DNA from: a virus
Taxonomy: Duplodnaviria > Caudoviricetes
DNA: 35,515 bases
Direction: 5' to 3' (one strand)
Virus record (IMG/VR): IMGVR_UViG_3300027963_000015
Coordinates: 1-35,515 of that record
The position numbers were made by a program, and so were the translations under genes. Positions 1 through 9,904 of the stretch are shown here, piece by piece (within the stretch, counting starts at the first letter, position 1; each line of letters opens with the position of its first letter). The notes under the pieces are model-generated. The model made no database searches and was not told the DNA's origin. It saw only the letters and a program-made list of their open reading frames with translations.

Positions 1-127
1 ACATCCTGATTAGTATTACCCGCCACATAGGTAGGAATAGCAAGGTTTAGCTCGCTAGTGGTCTGCTGAACAAGTTGGAGCATCGTTGATGACATATTAG
101 ACTTTCTCTACGACCTTTGGTTTACGA
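1..127. repeat. Terminal direct repeat, copy 1 (127 bp; circular assembly overlap)
   Basis: Identical to 35389-35515; splits the adaptor gene and the 97..738 gene across the junction. Confidence 0.95.
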
Positions 128-738
128 GTTTTTTTCTCACCAACTGCCGCAAGTACAGCCGCCATTTGTTCTTGCATTAGGGCGAGCTTCGCATCAGTTT
201 CAGCCTTCATTTTAGCAGTTTCCTCGTCTTTTTTGGCAAGTTCTTGCTTTAACTTATTAATTTCTTCATCCCGTTTACTAGCGTCTGCGGTTTCGGTAGC
301 AAGGTTTAAATAGCTTTTAGCCTTGTCCCTAAATGAATGAGGTTGCATACCCGCAATCATTCCAATACGCTGTAACTGGTAATCTGAAGCATTAGCAATA
401 GATTCGACTGTATAAAACTTGATACCTTTTAACTCTTGGGCTTGAGATTGGGTAATCAAAGTCCATTGTTCTAAAGGTGTGCCCATCATATCGCTACTAG
501 AGTCTTGACTAGCTTGATATTGAAGCCATTGCTTTGGAAAGCGTTGTTTATGGCTATCCCTTGCATAAGTGTCAATTTCAGTCAGGTTATCTCCAGCAAC
601 CATAATGCGTACAAAGTCAAAATCTTTGAATATTGGTCTGCCAGCTTCGCTTGATTCGTGTTCTAGTTGAACGGCTCGCTTGTAAAACTTAACTGCCAAG
701 CGTGAATCTGCGTCTTGGTTATCGCTATCTATTGCCAT
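97..738 (-). CDS. Hypothetical virion-module protein (213 aa, C-terminal coiled coil and Lys-rich tail)
   Basis: Long ORF with GGAG RBS, located between the capsid genes and the adaptor gene on the circular map. Confidence 0.75.
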   Translation of the reverse strand: MAIDSDNQDADSRLAVKFYKRAVQLEHESSEAGRPIFKDFDFVRIMVAGDNLTEIDTYARDSHKQRFPKQWLQYQASQDSSSDMMGTPLEQWTLITQSQAQELKGIKFYTVESIANASDYQLQRIGMIAGMQPHSFRDKAKSYLNLATETADASKRDEEINKLKQELAKKDEETAKMKAETDAKLALMQEQMAAVLAAVGEKKTRKPKVVEKV

Positions 739-763
739 GTAATGCTCCTAAGTGGTTAGGGTT

Positions 764-801
764 AAAAGAAAAAAGGGCTACCCCGTTAAGAGTAACCCTT
801 T
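764..801 (-). terminator. Rho-independent terminator after the capsid genes
   Basis: Minus strand AAAGGGUUACUC-UUAACG-GGGUAGCCCUUU followed by a U-rich tract; G.U pairs form on the minus strand. Confidence 0.85.
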
Positions 802-821
802 GTTTTTACTACAAAAGTGTA

Positions 822-1130
822 TTAAACACTAGCCTTGCTAAACCAACCATAATCGCCTGATGCCATAGAAGCACCTGACAAGTATGTACCTGTAGCACCC
901 AAAGTTACTTGGAATGTTGAGGCGTTGATGATGCAAGTTGCAGCAGATGCAGCAATAGCGACACCCGCTTGTGCAAACACATAGCGAAAGCCATCATTTC
1001 CAAAAGTTTGTGTTCCCAAGGGAGCAAACGCTGGAATGTCAATAGCAGTAGTGCCTGCTGTGTATGAAAAACTGTCAGGAGTGACATTGTTTAAATCAAC
1101 TCCTGCAATAGGAAGAACTGAATAAGCCAT
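822..1130 (-). CDS. Probable capsid decoration/cement protein
   Basis: Small Ala/Gly/Thr-rich, beta-type ORF immediately after the major capsid gene and before the terminator; AAGGA RBS. Confidence 0.6.
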   Translation of the reverse strand: MAYSVLPIAGVDLNNVTPDSFSYTAGTTAIDIPAFAPLGTQTFGNDGFRYVFAQAGVAIAASAATCIINASTFQVTLGATGTYLSGASMASGDYGWFSKASV

Positions 1131-1158
1131 GATAATTTCCTTTTTTTAGGTTAATTGA

Positions 1159-2133
1159 TTAAGTTGTCAAAAGACCCTGCAACTGTGCGTTGCTTGTAGT
1201 CATATTGCCAGCAAATCCATACAATTTTACAATCGCATCTTGGTTAATGGCTTGACGCTCACCACCGATAGGTACGAAATTACGCTCTTTGTGTGGGCGG
1301 AAGAAGATGTAATTGGTGTTCAAAAGATACATATAGTTTGTATTTTCTTGTGCTCCAATACCACCACCTAGTACCACATCAGCAGATGTACCGCCACCAT
1401 AGAATTTGAGGGATGCGAAACCTGCTGCACCACTTTCTTCAGTAGTAATACGCTGAATAGCCTGTAATGCGTTTACAAAATACTGATACATATTGTTACC
1501 AGCGATGTACAAGTCAGCCTTGTCTGTGCCACGAATCTGCTTAATAGCGGCTTCGGTCATCTTAGCAAGCATTGTTGCTGAAGTTGCACCTGTGGTAATT
1601 TGGTTACGCCAAAAAGTAAAGTTGGCACGATTAATACCACCATAAGTACCTGTGGTTGGGGAAACTGCTACTGCGGCAGCCAAACCATCCACATTCTTAC
1701 CGCCATTACCTGTTCCGTCACCATACAAATCGCCTGAAATGCGGTTCAATAAACGGGCTTCAGAAACTTGCATACGACCATCAATGAGGTCAATGATTGC
1801 TTCTTTAGAACTGTTTTGGAGCATTTCTAAACCACTCATGGTTACCGATGCAGCGTATTGAGCAATTTTGAACTGAGCGGCCGAGATTGGGCTATCAGGA
1901 GTAATGTTCAATACTTCATATCCGCTATAGGAACTAGCGTTGTTAGTAGTTGTGTCATCATAGAAAATTTCTTCCAAGATTACATTACCACCTGAAAATG
2001 GGCGTACATTGCCCTTAGAGTTAAGTCTTTGCAGAATCGCATTGTTCTGCGTTAAGTTATCAGCCAATTCACCGCTACGACTTTGAATGGTGGTAGCGAT
2101 AATATCGGTGATTGCTGAGTTTGCAAATGCCAT
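1159..2133 (-). CDS. Major capsid protein
   Basis: 324 aa, follows the scaffold gene; capsid-like sequence (LYGDGTGNGGK, YGGINRA..FWRN); strong RBS. Confidence 0.9.
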   Translation of the reverse strand: MAFANSAITDIIATTIQSRSGELADNLTQNNAILQRLNSKGNVRPFSGGNVILEEIFYDDTTTNNASSYSGYEVLNITPDSPISAAQFKIAQYAASVTMSGLEMLQNSSKEAIIDLIDGRMQVSEARLLNRISGDLYGDGTGNGGKNVDGLAAAVAVSPTTGTYGGINRANFTFWRNQITTGATSATMLAKMTEAAIKQIRGTDKADLYIAGNNMYQYFVNALQAIQRITTEESGAAGFASLKFYGGGTSADVVLGGGIGAQENTNYMYLLNTNYIFFRPHKERNFVPIGGERQAINQDAIVKLYGFAGNMTTSNAQLQGLLTT

Positions 2134-2156
2134 GATATATCCTTTATTAAGTTAAG

Positions 2157-3227
2157 TTAAAGCCTACCGCTCTCTGCATCGGCTAATCCAGCCATTAGTA
2201 GAGAACGCCTATCCTTTGCTTCGACTTTCGCTTGTGTTCCGTTAGGAGTAACGGATTTTGGGCTAATTGCCGTTGCTTTGGCTCGTGCTACTTGTTGTGC
2301 CTTAGATGCTTGCTTTGTAGCGTTGTTCAGGAGTTTTTCCTGTTCCAACCTAAAGGCTTCATCGTTCATACGCACAGCTTTTGCATAAGCCGTTTCAAGG
2401 TCTTGGGCCTTACCTAGCTCAAGTAGTTGAGCCATTTCTTCCCTAACCATATCAAAGTGCGGAAACCGCTCTCTGTCACTTCGTACTCGCTCAATCTCAT
2501 TATTCAATCGAGCTTGTTCTTCTTGCTCAAACCGCCCTTTTATCGTGCTAACCTCTTGATTAACTTGATAAAGTTGTTGCATTAACTGTTGAGTATATGC
2601 GTCAACTGGTTGTTGCGGTTCGTTAATTTGATTTAAGTTTACTCCATAATCTTGTGCAAGTCTATGAAACATTTGCACTTTCTGTTCATGGGGTGCTTTT
2701 GAAAGAATCATGTGGGCACGACCCAAGTTGTTTATCCATGCGGCAGGGTGTATTCCTTGTGCTTGAAGTTCAGGTACAAACGGGTTAATTGCTTCCTCAA
2801 GAGCCTTTGCTCGTTCCGCTTCCGCTTTATATACGCTAACGCCCTTTTTAAACTCGTTCTCTCGTTGGTTAAGGTATTCAAGGTGTTTTTTGCTTTCATC
2901 TTTAGATAGTGTTTCGCCCTTGGCTATCTTATCCCATAGAGGTAAAAGGTCTTTCTTCCAAGTCGTAGGCTTTGGTATATCGCTAATCTCAGGCTGTTCT
3001 TCGGGCTGTTCGGGTTCATCCGCATCTTCTGAAGTAGCCTCAATGCTCGTTTCCTCTGCCACCGCTTCATCTTCAGCGACAAACTGTCCTTTCTCATTGC
3101 GAGCAGGTTCGTCTTGAGAAACTTCCTCTTGCACTTCCTCATGTTCTTCCTCTAAGGGTTTACCCTCATCTTGTGGGATTTCTACATCTGCCATTGCTGC
3201 TTCTAACATCTCTCTGCGGTCTGCCAT
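2157..3227 (-). CDS. Capsid scaffolding protein
   Basis: Acidic N-terminus (ARNEKGQF), helical body ending DLETAYAKA; directly upstream of the capsid gene. Confidence 0.8.
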   Translation of the reverse strand: MADRREMLEAAMADVEIPQDEGKPLEEEHEEVQEEVSQDEPARNEKGQFVAEDEAVAEETSIEATSEDADEPEQPEEQPEISDIPKPTTWKKDLLPLWDKIAKGETLSKDESKKHLEYLNQRENEFKKGVSVYKAEAERAKALEEAINPFVPELQAQGIHPAAWINNLGRAHMILSKAPHEQKVQMFHRLAQDYGVNLNQINEPQQPVDAYTQQLMQQLYQVNQEVSTIKGRFEQEEQARLNNEIERVRSDRERFPHFDMVREEMAQLLELGKAQDLETAYAKAVRMNDEAFRLEQEKLLNNATKQASKAQQVARAKATAISPKSVTPNGTQAKVEAKDRRSLLMAGLADAESGRL

Positions 3228-3236
3228 AATTACTCC

Positions 3237-3614
3237 TTAACGATAAGTTAGTTTGGCGTAAGCAAGCTCGGCAATCTTGCGTTTACGGGTTTCTTGGTCT
3301 TTACGGCTTAATTCCACAGGCTTATGCTGTACAGGTACTTCGTTACCTAATTCAATCATTTTGTGCTGTTTTAAATGGCTTCTATGGTGACTTCGGCTAC
3401 TAATCCAAGAACCATCAACTTGCGATACATAGCCTTCAATGTCTGACATGACCATCGGTGCGTCTTTGGCGGTCATTTCTTGTTTTTGCTTCCATGCTTC
3501 TTCAGCTTCAGGCGTTCCTAGTTTAAATCCCCAAAAATCTAGGTATCGCTCCTTATCTGATTTTGTAACTACATGATTTGATTCAGAATATCCACATTTA
3601 GGGCAAATCATCAC
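3237..3614 (-). CDS. Hypothetical protein (N-terminal CxxC, ISSRSHHRSHLK motif)
   Basis: ORF coupled by ATGA overlap to the upstream gene. Confidence 0.7.
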   Translation of the reverse strand: MMICPKCGYSESNHVVTKSDKERYLDFWGFKLGTPEAEEAWKQKQEMTAKDAPMVMSDIEGYVSQVDGSWISSRSHHRSHLKQHKMIELGNEVPVQHKPVELSRKDQETRKRKIAELAYAKLTYR

Positions 3615-4516
3615 ATTCTCCTTATAAGGTCAGGTAATTGGTCATATTCATGGGGTCTTAGGCATACAACAGAGTCGTACCAACGGGCATTTTTCCACCG
3701 CCAACAGACAAATTCTTCTTTAGGTAGTAAAACAATGGTTCTAACCCCTAAAGCACCAGCTAAATGAGCCGTACCCGTATCAACAGTTACAACTCCTTTC
3801 ATAGCTTTCATGTGTTGGGCGGTCTTAACCCAATCTTTCTTCCATCCATCGTCAGGTAGTGGGTTAAATAGTCCGTCAGATTTAGGGTTTAGGCTATAAC
3901 AGTCATCTCCAACCAATTCTTCAATGTGTCGGTGGTCGATTGACTTCAAGTAATACAGAATTTGCTTAGATGCTTCCCAGTTCACCCCTATTTTGGGTGG
4001 GATATTGCTAGGAATAGCGTGTAAATAGCCCTCAGAACCCACTATTTTCTTACGGGTAACGGGGAACATAGCCTTTACAAGGGGGTGCGACAGAGAAATG
4101 TAGTAGGGAAGTGACATAGAGCCTATCCAGTAGTCTGATTGGCTTGCTACGCCCTCATTAGTGCTGTTAGAAAAGACATCTACGCTATGAATCTGCCCTA
4201 AAAGGTAATGAAGTGTGCTTTCTTGTAAGACTACGACCTGTTTTGCCCCTAAAGCCTTTAATGCAGGTAAGAATCGGGCAAACATAATAATGTCACCAAA
4301 GCCTTGCTCCATCTGTACTGTGATGGATTTACCCATTAAAGGTTCACCTCGCCATACAGGAATTTTAAAAGTAGGTTCGTAGGGTACGGCTTGTTCGGCA
4401 ACTATTTCAGGATGCCACCGATACTCAAATAATCGAAAACCTTGCTCATAACGACCTGCGTGTAGGTGGTCATAAGCTAACTTATATTGGGCGTGGGGGT
4501 CTATATTAGTAGTAAT
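3611..4516 (-). CDS. TPR-associated glycosyltransferase (GT9/GT-B-like); start extended to a putative ATT (4516) or ATA (4504)
   Basis: PVWRGEPLMGKSITVQMEQGFGDIIMFARF and VTVDTGTAHLAGALG motifs; the frame is open for 64 codons above the ATG at 4336 and encodes TPR-like DPHAQYKLAYDHLHAGRYEQGFRLFEYRW. Confidence 0.75.
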   Translation of the reverse strand: MTTNIDPHAQYKLAYDHLHAGRYEQGFRLFEYRWHPEIVAEQAVPYEPTFKIPVWRGEPLMGKSITVQMEQGFGDIIMFARFLPALKALGAKQVVVLQESTLHYLLGQIHSVDVFSNSTNEGVASQSDYWIGSMSLPYYISLSHPLVKAMFPVTRKKIVGSEGYLHAIPSNIPPKIGVNWEASKQILYYLKSIDHRHIEELVGDDCYSLNPKSDGLFNPLPDDGWKKDWVKTAQHMKAMKGVVTVDTGTAHLAGALGVRTIVLLPKEEFVCWRWKNARWYDSVVCLRPHEYDQLPDLIRRM

Positions 4517-4980
4517 ATGCTTTCCTCGTCATCTAGTTCTGCTAGGCGTTTAGCTTCTAGGATAACGAGTTCGGTCTGTAACCTTGCTACCTCTTGCCTA
4601 TAAGCAACCGCTTTTAACAGGTTGTTTCGTTGGTTTTCAAGGTAGGCAATAGACTGCTCTAGTTCTGTAGTATCAACTGGCGGTGTACCAGCCTTAACCT
4701 CTTGAATAGATTGTAGTTTATTTTGTTTCTGTTTAGCAACAATTTTTGGGGGGTCAATTAAATCTTTTAATTGTTGTTTTCTGCGTATTTTGGAATCAGC
4801 TTGCGACTTTAATAAAGCCTGTTGCCTTTCCCGTATCTTGCGGTCTAGGTTTCTAGCTCTGCGGATTTCTTCAGGTGTAAAGCCATCATGGGTATCTATG
4901 CCCGATGGCGTTGGGGGTTCTCCACCTATCTGAAATGCGTTGATTTGAAACGCATTAGACTGAAAAGCAGTTTGAAACAT
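4501..4980 (-). CDS. Hypothetical protein with N-terminal (AFQxN) repeats and coiled coil
   Basis: [17 protein letters not shown]; coupled to the fibre gene by TAATG overlap. Confidence 0.7.
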   Translation of the reverse strand: MFQTAFQSNAFQINAFQIGGEPPTPSGIDTHDGFTPEEIRRARNLDRKIRERQQALLKSQADSKIRRKQQLKDLIDPPKIVAKQKQNKLQSIQEVKAGTPPVDTTELEQSIAYLENQRNNLLKAVAYRQEVARLQTELVILEAKRLAELDDEESILLLI

Positions 4981-7313
4981 TACAGAACTACCCAGCGTGA
5001 CCCACTAGAAACTGTAACAGTTACGCCACTTGATATAGTGACTGGCCCTGATGACATAGCGTTATCTGTTGCGGGGATAGTAAAGCTAGTGCCGATAGTC
5101 TTGCTGTTAGTCACAATTCCGTTACTAGCCCGTTGGATTGGGGCAGAAACAGTAGTTCCATCAAATGTATAACTTGCAGACGCACCTAAAGCCCCTGAAT
5201 TATTAAATTGAACTTGGGTATTTGACCCTGCCGCACTTGCCGATGGGGTAGCCCATGTGCCATCACCACGCCAAAATGTAGTGGCAGAAGCAGAAGTACC
5301 GCTATTTAGGTTAGTTACAGGCAGATTACCAGTTACCTGAGTAGCTAGGCTTACATTAGATAAAGTGCCACCAAGAGTTAAATTACCGCTAGAAGTTACT
5401 GTTCCACTAAGGCTAATGCCGTTTACTGTACCTGTACCGCTTACGCTTGTTACAGTTCCGTTACCTTTGTTGTTAAAGGTTGTAAAGTCTGTGGCAGATA
5501 AATACCCATCTACGCTAGTGGTGGCTTTAGCCATGCTTATAGCTGGGGTATTACCGCCTGACGATACTACAGGGGCAGTACCTGTTACGCTTGTTACCGT
5601 TCCCGTTGTAGGGGTTGTCCAAGTTGGTGTTCCTGCCCCTTGTGAAGTAAGAACTTGACCTGCTGTTCCTGCGGCTGAAAACCCATAAGCAGTTCCAGTA
5701 CCATAAGGTACAGCACCAGCAGTAGGGGTTGCAGAACTATTTGTACCACCGTAAGCAATCGCTAAATCATTTGTTAAAACCAAAGTATCAGCATTAATAA
5801 CGCTAAAATAATCAATGGCGTTTAAGTTTGTGCCTGTAAAAGTAGAGTTAGTTTTATCATAAACAAGATTCAAAATACTGTAAGAACCTGCAAGACTTAC
5901 TCGTTCTACATTAGTTCCTGCTGAATTTAAGATAAAACTATTAGCCAGCGTAATAAAGCTACCAACACTTGAAGTTACAGCGTTAGACGCAGGGCTAGAA
6001 GCAAAAATAGCAGAGCCATCAATTTGCAAATTTCCAGCCGTAACGCTTGGGGTAAGAACTTGGTAACAATCTTTAATTAAAACATTGGCGCTTGCGTTAG
6101 ATACAGCTACAGCCCAACACTTGTTTCCTACAATAGAAACTGTGCCAGCACCCGTAATTTGAACACCTGAGGTGCATTGCAATTCGCTGTTAATAAACTC
6201 AACATAATTTGTACCTGATTTAACGACTTGCGTATCTACAGTACAGTTTGAAATATAAGTGTTACTAGACCCTGTGATGGTCAAATTAGTTAGTTTTATG
6301 CCACTAACACGAGCCGCCACAGTCAAGGTCAGAGTTCCAGAAATTTGCGTGTTAGCGCCAGTAAGTTCTGTGGTTGCTATTGTTGTGTTTGCACTTGTAA
6401 CTGTGGGGCTTTCGCTATAACTTCCAGGATGCACAATGACAGTATTTCTACCTGCACCAATCAGAGTCAACGCTTTGGTAATTGTTAACACAGGGTTAAT
6501 TAAAGTTCCATCACCTGTTGTGTCGTTTCCGTCTTTACCAACATGAATCTCATTTGCGTAAATAGAATAATTACCAACAGTTCTTCCTGTACCGCCATTA
6601 GCTACAGGCAACGCTGTTCCTGAGTAAGTTAAGGCTAATGTACCGCTAGTAGTAATAGGGCTACCTGAAACGCTTAAAAAAGCAGGTACTGTAGCCGCTA
6701 CGCTTGTAACCGTACCAGTAGTGGAATCAGTAGAAGTAATAGTAAAGTTAGGGTAAGTACCAGTTACTACAGTTGTTCCTGCACCAGTTAAAGCAACAGT
6801 TTGGTCGGGAGCGGTGTTGGTTACTGTTACAGCACCAGTTGAACCACTAACGCTAATACCAGTTCCAGCTACGGCAGAAGTAACACCTGTGTTGGCTACT
6901 GTAAACGCAGGGTATGTACCTGTTGCCGATATACCAGTTCCGCTTGCAATACTTACTGTTTGGTCGGGGGCGGTGTTTGTAATATTTAAAGTGCCACTAG
7001 TAGTAATAGGGCTACCAGTAACAGAGATACCCGTTCCAGCAGTTGCCGCTACAGAAGTGACTGTTCCTAATGGGTTTGTAGCCCATGAAGTATCTGTTCC
7101 GTTAGTCGTTAAGTATTTGCCAGTATTGCCTGTCTGAGATGGGGCTAAAGCATTAAACGCACCATTAGCCGTTGTTTGCCCTGTACCGCCATTGGCTATA
7201 TCTATAGTACCTGTTAGGGTATGGTCAGCGTTCCAATCGCTAGGGCGTACAAGACTTGTATCTGCTTCGTCAGGGATTGTGCTGACTTTGCTATGTTTGA
7301 CTGTAATAGCCAT
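4980..7313 (-). CDS. Fibre/spike protein (777 aa) with a central beta-helix-like domain
   Basis: Thr/Gly/Ser-rich; GTVTSV and IANGGTG repeats; [20 protein letters not shown] beta-helix cap; C-terminus [10 protein letters not shown]. Confidence 0.8.
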   Translation of the reverse strand: MAITVKHSKVSTIPDEADTSLVRPSDWNADHTLTGTIDIANGGTGQTTANGAFNALAPSQTGNTGKYLTTNGTDTSWATNPLGTVTSVAATAGTGISVTGSPITTSGTLNITNTAPDQTVSIASGTGISATGTYPAFTVANTGVTSAVAGTGISVSGSTGAVTVTNTAPDQTVALTGAGTTVVTGTYPNFTITSTDSTTGTVTSVAATVPAFLSVSGSPITTSGTLALTYSGTALPVANGGTGRTVGNYSIYANEIHVGKDGNDTTGDGTLINPVLTITKALTLIGAGRNTVIVHPGSYSESPTVTSANTTIATTELTGANTQISGTLTLTVAARVSGIKLTNLTITGSSNTYISNCTVDTQVVKSGTNYVEFINSELQCTSGVQITGAGTVSIVGNKCWAVAVSNASANVLIKDCYQVLTPSVTAGNLQIDGSAIFASSPASNAVTSSVGSFITLANSFILNSAGTNVERVSLAGSYSILNLVYDKTNSTFTGTNLNAIDYFSVINADTLVLTNDLAIAYGGTNSSATPTAGAVPYGTGTAYGFSAAGTAGQVLTSQGAGTPTWTTPTTGTVTSVTGTAPVVSSGGNTPAISMAKATTSVDGYLSATDFTTFNNKGNGTVTSVSGTGTVNGISLSGTVTSSGNLTLGGTLSNVSLATQVTGNLPVTNLNSGTSASATTFWRGDGTWATPSASAAGSNTQVQFNNSGALGASASYTFDGTTVSAPIQRASNGIVTNSKTIGTSFTIPATDNAMSSGPVTISSGVTVTVSSGSRWVVL

Positions 7314-9592
7314 TATTGAACCCCTACAATTTTGCCATTCTCATCTCGTACTACTTGTTTTGGTTGGTTTAGTCTATCAATTAAAGCACCTAAAGTTGCT
7401 GTCATATCTTGATTACCTTGTGCAATAGCGTTGGCTATGGGGGCTAGGGGGTGTTCTTGTGCCCGTAGCATATCTTCATCCATTGTGTATTCTTCAGCGA
7501 TTCCCTCGCCACTATCTACACCTGCGGAGATACGAGCCGTTTCAATCTTAGCCCCATTGTTAATGTAGGCAAGCAAGAGTTGGGTATTACGCTCAGTCAT
7601 CATTTTCATCTGAGCTAACTTCATCTCCATCTCTCGGTCTTGAGCATTACGCTGTTCTTCAAGTTGGAATTTAAGTTGATTCTCTTGTGCCTGATATTCC
7701 TGTTTAGCCTTTTCAAATTCAATTTGAGCAGCCATCTTTTGCTGTTCCAGTTGTACCGACATCTGTATTTCTTGCATCTTAGCCTGAGTCTGAGCCTGAA
7801 TCTTTTGCACTTCAGGTGGGGGTGGCTTGGGTTGGCCTTCCATCGCTTTAGCTTTATTTCTAAATTGGTCGGCAGTTTCATCAATAAGCCCTTCCATACC
7901 TTTACCAGCCTTAAACGCAGTCACGCCAAACTTGAGCATCTCCATGAGTAATGGGGTTAGTTCAGGGGCTTGGGTAGCTACTGGTAAGGCTTGGTTCATA
8001 AACTGGGATAAAGCACCTAAAAACTCGATTCTGTCGGCTTTCTCTTGTTGCTCATCCTGATAAATCATTGAATCGCTAGTTACTTCAATACGGAAGTTCT
8101 TAGCGGGTTCGTCTTTCAATAGTTGTAAGGCTTGCGGTACTAATTGTTGGTCTTGTGGGCTTAATTGCATTGCACCACTAATCTTGACAATCGTATCGTC
8201 AGTAAAGTGCTTGCAGATAATCTGAGCCTTGATACTTAGAAGCTCGGTAGCAAAGTCCACGACTGCGTGTTGCATATTCTTAAGTCTGCCTGCTGCGTTA
8301 TTAGACTTAATAATCTGTGCCCCAAGCGTTTCATTGGGGTCTGTCTGTCCCCTTTGAATGTCGGCAATACCCATAATCTCGTAAATCTGACCCTTGACTT
8401 GCTCCATAGCCTGATAAGCCATTGTCAAGCCTTGAGCGATTGGGGTTATATCTACTAGGTCAATAGCCCCTTTCATGCCTTGTTTCTCAGCAAAAGCAGC
8501 CCAGTTCTTAACTGGTATCAGGGTATTGTTCTCGCCCTCAGAAAATAGTCTTGAAAGGCTTGGCTCGGATGCGTCATAGACACCCCGTACTTTTAAGGCG
8601 TTAATAAAGCCATCTATGCGGTCTGCAAGCGTGTCTAATTGCTTGGCTTGGTCTTGGTATAGTACAAAGTCAGGTACAGGCTCTAAACTGTCTGTAGTCA
8701 ATGTGGCGTACATTGGTTTAGGGCAAGGGAAGAATCCCTCTAACTGTAGTGGGTCATCTTTCTCATCAAGAATCTCGCCCATCGACTTGCTAACCCAAAA
8801 GACTTTGCCTTGTTCTTTATCCCATATCTCATAGATACAGGCTTGGTAATGCTCTACAGTCATTTGTTTGGTAGCCCATTTATCGCTATCAGGCTTGGTG
8901 TCTAGCGGAATCTTACCGCCTAATTCTTCACCAAAGCGGTCAATCAAGGCTTGACGGCCCATATAAACTTTACGCCATACGGCTGTTACTTCTTCCCAAG
9001 TACGAGCAACAGTATGACCAAAATCACGCCAATGGACATAATCAACTGGGGCACACTCATACTCAATTCGTTCTTGCGACTCCACCAGTTCAGCGTTTTG
9101 CGTTTCTGCTTCATCGGCATCCTCTGTAATTTGTACTCCATTACCTACATCTTGACCAGCTAGACCTGTATTTAAATCGTTTTGCTCTGCAACAATATGT
9201 GGCTCATAACGAACCCATGCCGTACCTCTACCACCTAATAAGCGGTCAAGCACAGCGTTATCCATAGCGGAGCGATAGTCATGGTAATGCTCAACTTCGT
9301 ACTCTAAAGCCCGTTCTAGCATCATAGAAGCAACACGCCCAATTGGGTCGTTATCTCTAAATCTACGGCTTACATCGGGGCGTGGCAGTCTAGCAAAGAT
9401 GGCAGGCTTAATGACCTGAACATTAGACCAAAGGATATTAAAGCGAGCATTAGGGTTATTACGGGTACGGCTGTCATCACGATAACGCTTAACAATTCGG
9501 GGAACTCTAGCTTCCCACTCCCTAAATGACTTGTCGTACTGAGCAATGGTGTTGTACCAATCCTCGTAAGTTTTATTAAGCGTATCGTGCAT
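7313..9592 (-). CDS. Portal protein
   Basis: 759 aa, downstream of TerL; long Gln-rich C-terminal coiled coil resembling P22-like portals. Confidence 0.85.
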   Translation of the reverse strand: MHDTLNKTYEDWYNTIAQYDKSFREWEARVPRIVKRYRDDSRTRNNPNARFNILWSNVQVIKPAIFARLPRPDVSRRFRDNDPIGRVASMMLERALEYEVEHYHDYRSAMDNAVLDRLLGGRGTAWVRYEPHIVAEQNDLNTGLAGQDVGNGVQITEDADEAETQNAELVESQERIEYECAPVDYVHWRDFGHTVARTWEEVTAVWRKVYMGRQALIDRFGEELGGKIPLDTKPDSDKWATKQMTVEHYQACIYEIWDKEQGKVFWVSKSMGEILDEKDDPLQLEGFFPCPKPMYATLTTDSLEPVPDFVLYQDQAKQLDTLADRIDGFINALKVRGVYDASEPSLSRLFSEGENNTLIPVKNWAAFAEKQGMKGAIDLVDITPIAQGLTMAYQAMEQVKGQIYEIMGIADIQRGQTDPNETLGAQIIKSNNAAGRLKNMQHAVVDFATELLSIKAQIICKHFTDDTIVKISGAMQLSPQDQQLVPQALQLLKDEPAKNFRIEVTSDSMIYQDEQQEKADRIEFLGALSQFMNQALPVATQAPELTPLLMEMLKFGVTAFKAGKGMEGLIDETADQFRNKAKAMEGQPKPPPPEVQKIQAQTQAKMQEIQMSVQLEQQKMAAQIEFEKAKQEYQAQENQLKFQLEEQRNAQDREMEMKLAQMKMMTERNTQLLLAYINNGAKIETARISAGVDSGEGIAEEYTMDEDMLRAQEHPLAPIANAIAQGNQDMTATLGALIDRLNQPKQVVRDENGKIVGVQ

Positions 9593-9600
9593 ACTTATTC

Positions 9601-9903
9601 CTAGGTAAAGTTGCCGATTGCTACTACTTCAGCACCAGCACCCGTTGTTATCTTCCAAGCACCATTAACTGATTTAGTGTTGACTTCTACAGAATAGACA
9701 CCGATTGCACTATTGGCGGCTACTAATACATGGGATGTAGTGTTGTCTAACAAGGCTACAGTTCCAGTAAGTGATGTAGAAACTGTAATAATTAAACGAT
9801 GTAAATAATCACCTGTTGCACCTGTTGTTCCTAATACTTGGGCGGTTTGTGATGCGGCTACATGTTCATATTTAAAGCCATAACTGGCTGCGACTTCAGG
9901 CAT
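9601..9903 (-). CDS. Hypothetical small beta-rich virion-associated protein
   Basis: ORF between TerL and portal, with RBS. Confidence 0.65.
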   Translation of the reverse strand: MPEVAASYGFKYEHVAASQTAQVLGTTGATGDYLHRLIITVSTSLTGTVALLDNTTSHVLVAANSAIGVYSVEVNTKSVNGAWKITTGAGAEVVAIGNFT

Positions 9904-9904
9904 T

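Noticed and set aside
1-127. Biological terminal repeat
   Set aside because: The length matches a common assembler k-mer and the repeat cuts through genes; it is best read as circular assembly overlap
4888-9163. Multiple plus-strand ORFs antisense to the fibre and portal genes
   Set aside because: Shadow ORFs arising from codon bias; no RBS or recognisable motifs
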